Assembly (NCBI GenBank): GCA_950072105.1
Contig: CATMOE010000051.1
Location: 1-26,141, forward strand
Reading direction: 5' to 3'
DNA length: 26,141 bases
From: an uncultured Dehalococcoidia bacterium
GTDB taxonomy: Bacteria; Chloroflexota; Dehalococcoidia; Lucifugimonadales; UBA3495
Shown: one piece after another, positions 1 to 7,327 of the stretch
Numbering within the stretch: the first letter of the stretch is position 1
Layout of the letters: every line of letters starts with the position of its first letter
Notes under the pieces: model-generated
Told to the model about the DNA's origin: nothing
The model's database searches: none
Seen by the model: the letters and a program-made list of their open reading frames with translations, nothing else
Position numbers and translations under genes: made by a program

Positions 1-23
1 TATGGCCAAAGTGACGGAATTGA

Positions 24-425
24 TGCGACCAACAATGGGGCGCGATGAGTGTGTAATTACTCCCGTCACTGAACGATGGTGAATTGTCCGTTAATAAAGT
101 CCCCAATTTAGGGCATGCCGTGCTTGATAGTGGAATGGAATGGTTCCACCTTCCGATTCAGGATATGGCAGCACCTGATGAGTCCTTTGACGATATCTGG
201 ACTGAGATGGCTCCCAGGATTCCGCAAATGATCAAACAGGGAGATGACGTCCTGGTCCATTGCAGGGGCGGTCTTGGCAGGTCCGGTACGATAGCCGCGT
301 TGTTGCTGATTGAATTTGGCGTACCTAACGATCAGGCCATAATTAAAGTCCGGCATGCGCGCCCAGGTGCGATTGACATCGCGGAACAAGAAGAATATGT
401 CCGTCGCTACGTTGCCTTAGGTTAA
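24..425 (+). pseudogene. CDKN3-like / dual-specificity protein-tyrosine phosphatase, N-terminally disrupted
   Basis: ORF 84..425 has HLPIQD, the catalytic P-loop HCRGGLGRSG (CX5R) and VRHARPGAI. The same frame upstream reads DQQWGAMSV*LLPSLNDGEL, resembling the family's WGA..VV.L..D.EL segment, but with TAA at 54-56 and TGA at 12-14 and 21-23. Confidence 0.7.
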
Positions 426-453
426 CCGAGCCAAGGGAGGATCGGCATCCACC

Positions 454-524
454 GAGATTCCTGGAAAGTTGGTTGCTGGGCGATGGAGCAAAGTCTAACC
501 ACCCAGCAACCAACTCCGAGTCTC
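454..524. repeat. Long inverted repeat / hairpin between convergent genes
   Basis: Perfect 14-bp arms AGTTGGTTGCTGGG (467-480) and CCCAGCAACCAACT (502-515), extendable by GAGATTC (454-460) / GAGTCTC (518-524) with one G-U pair. Confidence 0.8.
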
Positions 525-731
525 CCGTCGTGACGCTGTCACCAGGGTTAAAGAGAAGGGTTAAGAAGACGGTCCGGTCCGCAAGGCGGCACATAGCCAT
601 TCTTGCGGGGAAGTGGGATGGTGGAGTTGGAATTTACAGAAGACAACTGGACGTGTTTGGGACCGGAGGGTACACATCTTGTGATATTCCACAAAGTTGA
701 AGACCTTCAATCGATTTGCCCTCGTTCTATC

Positions 732-1319
732 TCATAAGATGGTTTCTAGGTCTCTTTCTAGCTGGTCCACGCTGACAAATCGAAAAGACGTGATGCCCAC
801 CGACCGGGCCGATTCCACGTTCTCAACCCGGTCGTCGATAAAAACGCACTCGCCGGCAGGAACGGCGAGGGTTTTCAATACGTGGCGGTAGAATTCCGAG
901 TCGGGCTTGAGCAGCCTCATCTCATAGGACAGGAAGAAACTCTCGAAGTTCTCCAATACGCTGCAATTCTGGATGGTGTGGGCGAAGTGGATGGGATCGG
1001 TGTTGGAAGCCAGGATCAAACGATGATCCAGCTTCAAACGTTCCACCAAAGGAATGATGTCATAGTTGGCGCTGAGTAATCCGTTCCATATCCCCACGAA
1101 CTCCTCGTATCCAAGGCCGGAGTGCAGCTTCCGGCACAGCGCCTCATGGTATGCTCCGGGAGACAACAAACCCTGCATGGCAGACCTTACTATCGGCCCG
1201 TTGACGACCTCACTCCGTACATCGCCCGAGTTTGAGTGCCGCTGCAGACCGGCGCACACCTTGTCCCAATCCAGGTTGACTAATACGCCACCCAGGTCAA
1301 AAATTATCGTTTTACCCAT
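732..1319 (-). CDS. HAD-family phosphatase (YihX/sEH-N-like)
   Basis: Motif I IIFDLGGVL, motif II LASNT, motif III KPD, motif IV FIDD; 195 aa. Confidence 0.9.
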   Translation of the reverse strand: MGKTIIFDLGGVLVNLDWDKVCAGLQRHSNSGDVRSEVVNGPIVRSAMQGLLSPGAYHEALCRKLHSGLGYEEFVGIWNGLLSANYDIIPLVERLKLDHRLILASNTDPIHFAHTIQNCSVLENFESFFLSYEMRLLKPDSEFYRHVLKTLAVPAGECVFIDDRVENVESARSVGITSFRFVSVDQLERDLETIL

Positions 1320-1370
1320 ATCGACATACTAATGGATTGTCAGTGTGACCCAATCTCTTAAAGGCAAATA

Positions 1371-1619
1371 TTAGTACTCTGGAAAGAATTTGGAGTGTAC
1401 CTTTACCCCGGACCAGGCACCGAATAGGCCAAGTAAAAACGGGACCAAGATCGGGACAAGAGGGATATCTCCATAAGCTGTATTGTTGGGGAACAGAGAG
1501 TAGGCTAAGAAAGGCAGAACCGCATCATTGTTTAACTGCAGCCCCGAACCAACACCAAATGCAAACCCGATACATCCAGCAACTATAGCAAAGACTTTCC
1601 TCAACACCGTCAACATCAT
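1371..1619 (-). CDS. Small two-TM membrane protein, hypothetical
   Basis: From ATG at 1619: MMLTVLRKVFAIVAGCIGFAFGVG...LVPILVPFLLGLFGAWSG, with two hydrophobic segments. The ORF-track extension to 1775 runs through a repeat element and is unlikely to be coding. Confidence 0.55.
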   Translation of the reverse strand: MMLTVLRKVFAIVAGCIGFAFGVGSGLQLNNDAVLPFLAYSLFPNNTAYGDIPLVPILVPFLLGLFGAWSGVKVHSKFFPEY

Positions 1620-1646
1620 TCCACACCTAGGGTGGATCAGGACAAA

Positions 1647-1710
1647 CTCTAACAATCCCCCGTAAAGGGAGAGGAGACTCCCTTGTGGAGGAGGATTAAG
1701 GCGGGGTTGT
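1647..1710. repeat. Degenerate pair of CCCTCTCCC..GGGAGAGGG-type small dispersed palindromic repeats
   Basis: CTCTAACAATCCCCCGTAAAGGGAGAGG followed by CTCCCTTGTGGAGGAGGATTAAGGCGGGGT, in the intergenic gap; family resemblance judged by eye. Confidence 0.45.
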
Positions 1711-1756
1711 AAGGCGTAACTGGGGTTGCTGGCCAGATAGCGAGTCGGGTTAGGGC

Positions 1757-1948
1757 CTATCCACACCAAAGGCAACGGGTCTCGTCGAATACGGTTTCTT
1801 GAATATCAGGGTTGGACATCAGGTAGTCCACTATGATTCGCACCACCTTACTTTCGTCGGGAATGTTGTACTGCTCTTGCGCCGACCGGAGGAACGCGAT
1901 CTGTTCACTGCTCAGATCGATCTGGTACGCGTCCTTGGCTCCAGACAT
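1757..1948 (-). CDS. Small hypothetical protein, ribbon-helix-helix-like with C-terminal CxxC
   Basis: 63 aa with a strong RBS (CAGGAGAG) upstream; strand-helix-helix pattern YQIDL..EQIAFL..SKVVRIIVDYLM, ending RCLWCG. Confidence 0.75.
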   Translation of the reverse strand: MSGAKDAYQIDLSSEQIAFLRSAQEQYNIPDESKVVRIIVDYLMSNPDIQETVFDETRCLWCG

Positions 1949-2268
1949 GGGTCACTCTCCTGAAACCCCACCGGTCTCCGCCGGTGGTGGGGATTCTAAA
2001 ATACATGACTTCGGATATGGCTACTGGGAGCATACCATAGTGGGAAAACATGCAAAATGGCATTATTCCACTCAGCCCTATCGGAGGTGGTGTAAAGCAT
2101 CAATTGGATTCAATATTTCTCTTCTAATTCTACGTATGCCTTATGAAGACGATCAGTAGATTCGTTTCCTAGAATCCAATCAGGGGTGTCTGTCACATTG
2201 CAGGCATAACGATCTCTCTTTTGAACTTAGATTGTCTCCAACGAAAACGGCTGGGACATCCTCACCGT

Positions 2269-2290
2269 TTTTGCTGCCATTTTGCTGCCA
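2269..2290 (+). repeat. Perfect 11-bp tandem repeat, candidate integrase arm-type site
   Basis: TTTTGCTGCCA x2 (2269-2279, 2280-2290), about 280 bp upstream of the tRNA fragment. Confidence 0.6.
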
Positions 2291-2440
2291 AACTTCTTAC
2301 CACGTAACAACACCCGTTAGCACTACAGCTACGAATAGCCGAAGATGGGCCGGACGAGATGTTCTAAAATCGTATCTGACGACATAGAACAACATGCGGG
2401 GAAAGAGGCTTTGGACCTAGGGGGCGCTGAGTGCAAATTT

Positions 2441-2463
2441 TTGATAACAAAATTGATAACAAA
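2441..2463 (+). repeat. 12-bp-period tandem repeat, candidate integrase arm-type site
   Basis: TTGATAACAAAA TTGATAACAAA, about 110 bp upstream of the tRNA fragment. Confidence 0.6.
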
Positions 2464-2571
2464 CTTATGAGCATCTAACAGCATTAGGCGACATTCAGGC
2501 ATGAATGTCGGGGCGATAAGATTGCAGCAAATGGACGTAATCGTGCCTGACAGCATTAGATAAGACCAATT

Positions 2572-2634
2572 GCACCAGACTCAAAAACCGGTGGGGGCAA
2601 CCCCGTGTCAGTTCGACTCTGACCTTCGGTACCA
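2572..2634 (+). pseudogene. 3' fragment of tRNA-Leu(CAA), probable att-site duplication
   Basis: Anticodon loop CTCAAAA, long variable arm GGGG-CAA-CCCC, perfect T-arm GTCAG-TTCGACT-CTGAC, acceptor 3' strand CTTCGGT-A-CCA. The 5' acceptor strand and D-arm are absent and the anticodon stem has two mismatches (CCAGA/ACCGG). Confidence 0.85.
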
Positions 2635-2993
2635 ATTCTTGGGATGCTAAAGCGCTGCGGACCGCCCTTCTTTAAGAGCTGGCTCAACCCCACTCGATCC
2701 TCATCGTCCACCGATCGGCCACGAAGAGTTTTCCGTTGGATAAAGCTCAGTTTATCCTCAAGCGTTGTGGTGTATTTGCCTGAAAGGGTATGGCTGTCAG
2801 CCACTGGCTTCCATGTTCCCGGAAGAGGACGGGCGTTTGACCATCAGAGGGGCAAAATTAACATGCGGACGTGGGGCATGACGCTGGTATCAGGTTTGAA
2901 GGACCAGCCGAACCGGAGAATGGCCGTGCTGGGGAAGAGGAACGCCCCGGCACGGGAGAAAACAGTCAGCTTAAAGGCATTGGGAAGGTGTCC

Positions 2994-3227
2994 CTAGGCG
3001 GAGCGCCATTCGAATGGCCCGACCAGGACGGGGTGATTCTCCGGGTTCTTTCTGCGAGAGCGCATCGCGTCTACGTAGCCGCCGGCTTTGTAACGGATCT
3101 CTCCGGCTCGGGACGCCACGATCTTTCGGGACGCCTCACCGGGTTTGGGTGCGAATAATAGGCCGGCGACCACTCCCACGGCGACGCCAGCGATGAGTCC
3201 TGATACGATTTTGTTTGGTTTGACCAT
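2994..3227 (-). CDS. YtxH domain-containing protein
   Basis: GLIAGVAVGVVAGLLFAPKPGEASRK matches the YtxH pattern G..AG.LLAPKSG.ETR; RBS AGGAGG upstream. Confidence 0.85.
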   Translation of the reverse strand: MVKPNKIVSGLIAGVAVGVVAGLLFAPKPGEASRKIVASRAGEIRYKAGGYVDAMRSRRKNPENHPVLVGPFEWRSA

Positions 3228-3295
3228 GGTCTTTCCTCCTGTATCTAGCCCGATTCGACTGCTCCAATCTGTAGGCTTATTAAACAGTACGCAGC

Positions 3296-3334
3296 GTTAC
3301 CGGGGAATTACTGTTAAGTTACCGGCTAGTTACC
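3296..3334. promoter_or_regulatory. Four phased direct repeats (GTTAC-N6), candidate OmpR/PhoB-family operator
   Basis: GTTACC (3296), ATTACT (3307), GTTACC (3318), GTTACC (3329) with exact 11-bp periodicity, upstream of the YtxH gene. Confidence 0.55.
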
Positions 3335-3575
3335 GCCCCCAGTTATTTGGATCGCCTTATCCCCTGCTTAGCACCGGCCGGCGTCTTCTTCCCATCGTTC
3401 GTCGATAACACCTTGTCCGGGAGCATTCAAGGGACATGGCCGCTGGCGTGAGCCGAATTAGTCCTTTGGGAAGAAGCCGCAAACCCGATAGCGCATTGTT
3501 ACAACCTGGGACGTCGCCGGTAGAGTTTATCTAGTATCGATCAACAACCCCTAGAAACGACCATCGGAGTAGGCC

Positions 3576-3697
3576 ATGGAAATTGTCGCGTTATCGATGG
3601 CCGCAATGGGCTTCTTTTTGGATCGATGGAGATCACTCGCGTGGACCAGATCAAGATTGAAGACCAACGGCTAAAAATCTCCCTGGAAGAATCTTAG
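3576..3697 (+). other. Candidate small membrane peptide, possibly frameshifted
   Basis: GGAG RBS then ATG at 3576: MEIVALSMAAMGFF..., stopping at 3672-3674 as written (32 aa). One extra T in the run at 3615-3619 would give ...FFFGSMEITRVDQIKIEDQRLKISLEES* ending at 3697. Confidence 0.35.
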
Positions 3698-3847
3698 GGA
3701 AACAGGCCAAAGGTCCGGGAACTCCATGGATCAGCTAGTAAGGGCAGGCCATGGGGCCTCTTTAGGTGTGGTCTATGAGGTGAGGGAAAGACGCGGTTGC
3801 CGGATCTCGGAAATCTAACCTATAAAACCGGCATCTTTACCATGGGA

Positions 3848-4525
3848 TCAAGACGCACCGGCCAGGTAGGAGAACGCGTCGTTGGCTGGATTCTTTACCC
3901 GATTGTGCTCTATGAACACAGCCGCGTTATCTGCTACTTGTTCACCATCTAGGTCCGCAACCAGCGCCAGGACCATATCGATTCCCGCGGATACTCCGGC
4001 TGAGGTAATTATGCCGGTCTGAGTCTCTTTATCTATCAAGTCTACCCAACGAGGGGAGGAATCCCAGTCGACTCCGTTGCGCTGTCCGACCACCCAGTCC
4101 CATGCGGTTTTGTTGCTGGTGGCCCGCCTGTGGTCTAGAAGGCCAGTTTTGGATAAAAGGGCGGCTCCCGTGCAAACGGACGCAACGATCTTTGCCTTGT
4201 TACAAGCAACTGTAAGCGAGTCCACGAACCCGCGATCGTCCACTAGTGCCCGAGTGCCACCGCCGCTCGGGATCAGAAGAATGTCGAAATCCACATCGTC
4301 GTTGATGTTGTACTCTGCGACGACCACCGGGCCAGCGCCGTCTCTCCCAGTGGGAATCGGTCCCTTCTGCTTCCCGATGGTTATGACCCGGTAGAGGGGC
4401 CTGGTAGTGTCGGGCCTACTGGGTCTTTGCACATCGGGAGTGCAAGCCACGTTAAAGACCTGAATCGGTCCAAACAGATCCAATGGCGCCATATTCTCAA
4501 ATACTAATGCCGCGACTGTTCTCAT
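3848..4525 (-). CDS. DJ-1/PfpI family protein (isonitrile hydratase-like subgroup)
   Basis: LDLFGP, DILLIPSGGG, nucleophile elbow SVCTGA, TSAGVSAGIDM; start placed at ATG 4525 behind GAGG. Confidence 0.9.
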   Translation of the reverse strand: MRTVAALVFENMAPLDLFGPIQVFNVACTPDVQRPSRPDTTRPLYRVITIGKQKGPIPTGRDGAGPVVVAEYNINDDVDFDILLIPSGGGTRALVDDRGFVDSLTVACNKAKIVASVCTGAALLSKTGLLDHRRATSNKTAWDWVVGQRNGVDWDSSPRWVDLIDKETQTGIITSAGVSAGIDMVLALVADLDGEQVADNAAVFIEHNRVKNPANDAFSYLAGAS

Positions 4526-4880
4526 CGTTACCTCGTCCAACTATTGATGGTATTGGTGGATGACTATATCCTCGCGCGGGTCTCTTGGATCTAGCGCGGG
4601 TTGTCTAGTTTCCGCCGTATCCGGCTCTATCCCTTAGTAGACAAATAGTAGCGGCGGCAAACCGTGATTGTCCAGTGTACCGTTGTGTTTCCCTTGTTGG
4701 GGCCGGCTCCGCACGTTGTTCCTTGTCCGAATTCTCGAGTCCACCTAAACCTGCTTTTGCCTCGTGCTAAGATGACGGCGGAACAGTGCTTGGCCTGAGC
4801 CATCAAGCCCTTTTGGTGACTACTTTGATGGGTCCGTGGGTTAGAGAAAACGACCAGTCTTTATGGGTGATCGCATTATC

Positions 4881-5519
4881 ATGACCGGCTTTTTGAACCG
4901 CGCGGTTTGGATTCTCGCTATCTTGGCGCTGGGTGTTGCCGCTTGCACGATCGATACAGAATCCTTACCTAAGATAGACACCGACTCGTTGCCTAGGATT
5001 GGAAGGAATCCCACCGTGGCCCCTATCGCAACATCTGTTGGCGCCGCCACGCCGTTCCAAGCATCTAACCCAGAGCCTTCGGTCGTTCAAGGTCCAACAC
5101 AGACAACGGCCTCGGCGGTCACCCCCACGAATTCCCCATCTTTAATCACCGAAGATATTGAAGTCCGAAAGAGAATCGCCATCCTTCGGAATGCGAGCCG
5201 GACTCTGGCTGCCTTGGCTGCGGAGCCGACGCCCATCGGCCTGGAGGGGCGCGAGGCCAAACAATTTGCCGAATATTCTAACTGGCTCAAGCTTTCGAGC
5301 GAACAGATTGATGCTTTGATAGAAAAGACTGAAGAGTCACGAGCGTCTAACCAGATGCGATCCACTAAAGAGATGCAAGAGATGAATCAGTCGTTCAATC
5401 TACAGTACTTGGGCTTGCAACAGAAGATGCAGGCAGACAATCGGAAGTTCACTTTGATGTCGAATATCATGAAGAAGAAGCACGAAAAGGCGCGAGAAGT
5501 GATCAATAACGTGCGCTAG
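4881..5519 (+). CDS. Hypothetical lipoprotein with Pro/Thr-rich linker and T3SS-needle-like C-terminal helix
   Basis: Signal peptide MTGFLNRAVWILAILALGVAA-C (lipobox Cys at 4944), P/T/S linker, then a helical C-terminus ending SNIMKKKHEKAREVINNVR. The start could alternatively be 4863. Confidence 0.75.
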   Translation: MTGFLNRAVWILAILALGVAACTIDTESLPKIDTDSLPRIGRNPTVAPIATSVGAATPFQASNPEPSVVQGPTQTTASAVTPTNSPSLITEDIEVRKRIAILRNASRTLAALAAEPTPIGLEGREAKQFAEYSNWLKLSSEQIDALIEKTEESRASNQMRSTKEMQEMNQSFNLQYLGLQQKMQADNRKFTLMSNIMKKKHEKAREVINNVR

Positions 5520-5663
5520 GCCGATCTGGCTCCTAGTCTGAAGGTATCAGACTTCTTGTTCGACTGGAGCCTTGGCATTCCCCAGGGATTGTGTTGATAA
5601 CTCCACCAGTACTTTCCCATGATGCGAACCGTGGGCTAAGCCCCAACGTCTTGCCCAGCCACC

Positions 5664-6863
5664 TCATCTATTCGCACCCTCTACTTCCTTAGCCAAAGCT
5701 ATCAACAGTTCGTCGGTCCCCGGAGGACCGATCAGGGATAGGCCCACTGGCAGGCCGCCTAACTCCGCTAGGGGAAGATTGATCTGGGGAGCGCCGGTGG
5801 TTCCGGCTACGCAGGTTAGGGCGCTGTTGCGGGCGCGCAGCGACGCCCGTTCTGACAGTCTTTGCCCCGTGGGCGGGGCCGGCGAGACCGTGGTGGGCAG
5901 GCAAATAACGGGGCCTCCGGCAAATACCTCGCTCATTCGCTTCAATATCTCCCCTCGCACCTTGCGGGCCGCGGCAACTTCCTCGCCGGTAGTCAACTGG
6001 GCGAGGCCGTATCGGTTTCCTACCTCAAAGCTCAGCCGTGGGTTTACCCGGTCCAGCCAATCCCGCGCGCTTTCCCAGGCTTCCCGGCCTTGCAGGATCT
6101 GTTGTTGCCCGGACCATTCGATCAGCCCTCCGGAGGATAGCCGTTCCCTTCTGGTTTCCCCGAATAGGGATGATACTAAGTCTACTTTGGGCTTAAGAAC
6201 GTCGACCACTTCCGGGTCCGCTAGCTCAAAGGCGTCCTCGGCAATGATCAGGCTTTGGGGACGTGCCTCTGGAATCTGGCTTTGCAGCAACACCGCGCCT
6301 ACGCGGGCAAAGGTTTCCGGATCGTCGGCGAACCAACCGATGGTGTCGTAACTGGGCGCCTGCAGAAGGATCCCGTCCAGGGGGATGCGTCCGTGAGTAG
6401 GACGGAGACCGTAAAGTCCGCAGAAGCTGGAGGGCACTCGGACCGACCCGCCGGTGTCCGAACCCAGGGCAAAATCGACCAGACCCCCGGCGACGGCCGA
6501 GGCCGACCCGCTGGATGAGCCACCGGGTACACGCCCCGGCGCCCGGGGATTGGTGGGCGTTCCGTAATGGGGGTTCTCGCCGAATATTCCTCTTGTCAGT
6601 TCGTCGGTGATAGTCTTCCCGGCCATCGTAGCCCCAGCGTCGACCAAAGTCTGCACGGTCCAGGCGGTTTTGTCCGCCGCCGGATGCGTCTCCTTCCAGT
6701 CGGGGTTGCCGCCCCCGGTGACGTACCCAGCAATATCCAGGATGTCCTTCGCCGCGAAGGTAAGGCCGGACAATGGACCATCGGGCGCTCCCTGTAAGTA
6801 GGCGCCGGTGTCCTTGCAGAACGCGTTTAAATGATCGTGGAAAGTACGCCGAGTCGTTGCCAT
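5664..6863 (-). CDS. Amidase (amidase signature family)
   Basis: Catalytic Lys in AAKDI, PGGSSSGSA and GSDTGGSVRVPS; RBS GGAGG. Confidence 0.95.
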   Translation of the reverse strand: MATTRRTFHDHLNAFCKDTGAYLQGAPDGPLSGLTFAAKDILDIAGYVTGGGNPDWKETHPAADKTAWTVQTLVDAGATMAGKTITDELTRGIFGENPHYGTPTNPRAPGRVPGGSSSGSASAVAGGLVDFALGSDTGGSVRVPSSFCGLYGLRPTHGRIPLDGILLQAPSYDTIGWFADDPETFARVGAVLLQSQIPEARPQSLIIAEDAFELADPEVVDVLKPKVDLVSSLFGETRRERLSSGGLIEWSGQQQILQGREAWESARDWLDRVNPRLSFEVGNRYGLAQLTTGEEVAAARKVRGEILKRMSEVFAGGPVICLPTTVSPAPPTGQRLSERASLRARNSALTCVAGTTGAPQINLPLAELGGLPVGLSLIGPPGTDELLIALAKEVEGANR

Positions 6864-6890
6864 GGTTCTTCCTCCAAAGGGGAGCCGGGT

Positions 6891-7322
6891 TTATTCCGCT
6901 TTCGGTCTTTCGGGCGCAAACAAGTACAAGATGACCAGTATAAGTACGGTTCCGCTGACCGACGCTATGTATAGCCCTGAGCCTACCGCCATGCCGATGG
7001 CCGCGGTAGCCCAGATCGTCGCCGCGGTTGTTAGCCCCGATATGGTTACGCCGCTTCGTAGGATCGTACCCGCTCCCAGGAAGCCGACGCCGGTGACGAT
7101 CTGGGCGGCGACCCTGGATTGGTCCGCGGTTTCAAACCCAAAGGCAGAGATTATGGTGAACATTGCCGAACCCAAGCACACCAACGACAGAGTCCGCAGG
7201 CCCGCAGGCTTGTCAGCACTGCGGCGCTCGTAACCCACCGCCAAGCCGAAAATGGCGGCCAAGAGCAACCTGACCGCTATCTCAATCTCTTGGGCAGTGG
7301 TGAGTTTTAAGAGATCATCCAA
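6891..7322 (-). CDS. MgtC/SapB family membrane protein (N-terminal domain only)
   Basis: GYER..KPAGLRT, RVAAQIVTGVGFLGAG, GLTTAATIW..AAIG motifs. Start approximated at TTG 7322 because the longer ORF overlaps the upstream gene. Confidence 0.9.
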   Translation of the reverse strand: MDDLLKLTTAQEIEIAVRLLLAAIFGLAVGYERRSADKPAGLRTLSLVCLGSAMFTIISAFGFETADQSRVAAQIVTGVGFLGAGTILRSGVTISGLTTAATIWATAAIGMAVGSGLYIASVSGTVLILVILYLFAPERPKAE

Positions 7323-7327
7323 AAGAT

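Noticed and set aside
2338..2634. GCCGAAG at 2338-2344 is complementary to the tRNA fragment's acceptor 3' strand, suggesting a split or intron-containing tRNA
   Set aside because: It is not followed by a recognisable D-arm, the anticodon loop is uninterrupted and the anticodon stem is mutated; a 7-mer match is plausible by chance.
2556..3196. Several overlapping short ORFs after the tRNA fragment
   Set aside because: They overlap the tRNA relic or the YtxH gene and lack RBS or motif support.
4560..4680. Crossing complementary segments upstream of the DJ-1/PfpI gene suggesting a riboswitch or pseudoknot
   Set aside because: A plausible promoter (TGGACA-N18-TACTAT, minus strand) overlaps the first stem, so it would probably not be transcribed; no known aptamer motif.
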